DNA of 64,000 bases from Leucoraja ocellata (taxonomy: Eukaryota). The position numbers and the translations under genes are program-made. Positions 63,189 to 64,000 of this stretch are shown piece after piece. Numbering within the stretch: position 1 is the stretch's first letter; each line of letters begins with the position of its first letter. The stretch spans positions 6,448,001-6,512,000 of the forward strand of contig JAWMAR010000030.1 in NCBI GenBank assembly GCA_036785375.1, written 5' to 3'. The notes beneath the pieces were generated by a model. The model saw nothing but the letters and a program-made list of their open reading frames with translations. It did no database searches and was not told the origin of the DNA.

Positions 63189-63471
63189 ATATTGGTTAAA
63201 GCCCAGGGTAAGTAATCAATAATTGTGATCATGCGTTGCTGGAGTGCAGCACTGTAGCTTTTGTCCACTGCTGGATGTAAAGGATTATTAAGCTTACAGT
63301 AACTGATTGTCCATATTCCTGAGGGAGAATCGTTCATTATCCCCCCAACTGTGATAGATCTGATCACCGGATAGTGTAATATTGCAGGAATCAGAGAATC
63401 AGATGAAATGTTGTAGACTAGGAATGAAACAGGAACATTTCATCATTTTGTGTATTTGTCTGTTTGCCTAT

Positions 63472-63542
63472 CTGTGCGTGTGTGTGTGTTTATGTGTTTT
63501 TGTGTGTGTGTGAGAGAGAGGGTGAGAGAAAGATAGATAGAT
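63472..63542 (+). repeat. Compound microsatellite (TG)n(AG)n(GATA)n
   Basis: Direct reading. Confidence 0.9.
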
Positions 63543-64000
63543 ATGGGGAGCTGGTAACTTTATTTAATGAACCAGTTTACCTGCAGATCGTTTTTTTATA
63601 CGTTTATCTTCTAAAGCACATGTGACACATTATGAACTTGAGCATTTGTCCATTGACTGTAACATCTTGTCTTGCATGGCTCTTGCCTAATATGATCAGT
63701 GTCTTCAGGGGGAGAGAGTCTGAACAGGAGTCCCACAGGTGGCATTACAGAAATGGCCTGATTCTCCATTAAGCATCGACCATGACATTTGGCAATTCCT
63801 CGGTGCATTCTTTCCACAATAGATATAGAGATTGAACTTTCAGAGACCTAGTTGTAATTTACCACAAAGTAGGAACCGCAATCACTGCGGGGTTAGTAAA
63901 TATACTTTAGAAAAGTACAATATTGATAGGGTACCCGATGATATAATAACACAGTTAGCTTGATGCATCATCCATCATTCTTAGCAATTTATCAGCTTGA

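Noticed and set aside
1-64000. CRISPR arrays, operons or other prokaryotic systems
   Set aside because: The sequence is vertebrate; recurring repeats are dispersed retroelements, not regularly spaced direct repeats.

Overview
Eukaryotic, AT-rich, repeat-dense DNA, not prokaryotic. The repeat content (HE1-type tRNA/V-SINEs, HER1/CR1 LINEs, Rex-Babar, RTE, Penelope-like remnants) indicates an elasmobranch, probably a skate or ray. The only host coding sequence I can support is the large terminal exon of CCSER2 (31345-32277, + strand). Bases 1-31344 are therefore most likely intron, followed by a long repeat-poor 3' UTR candidate and intergenic DNA. Almost all other ORFs in the track are retroelement debris or noise. 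Main observations: (1) a 138-bp TSD-flanked retroposon whose 5' end is a complete minimal HDV-like ribozyme fold and whose 3' end is an (AAG)n tail (48015-48152, - strand), with a decayed second copy; (2) about 10 short Penelope-derived insertions carrying a minimal hammerhead ribozyme core, several with TSDs, plus a decayed Penelope RT with the same 3' end; (3) the CCSER2 last exon is open in two frames, both matching my recollection of the two human isoform C-termini; (4) an RTE fragment with a twin-priming-like 5' inversion; (5) a complete TAA-flanked MITE; (6) several repeat-free candidate conserved non-coding elements. All family assignments come from motif recognition and memory, not database searches. 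Repeat boundaries are approximate unless a TSD is given.
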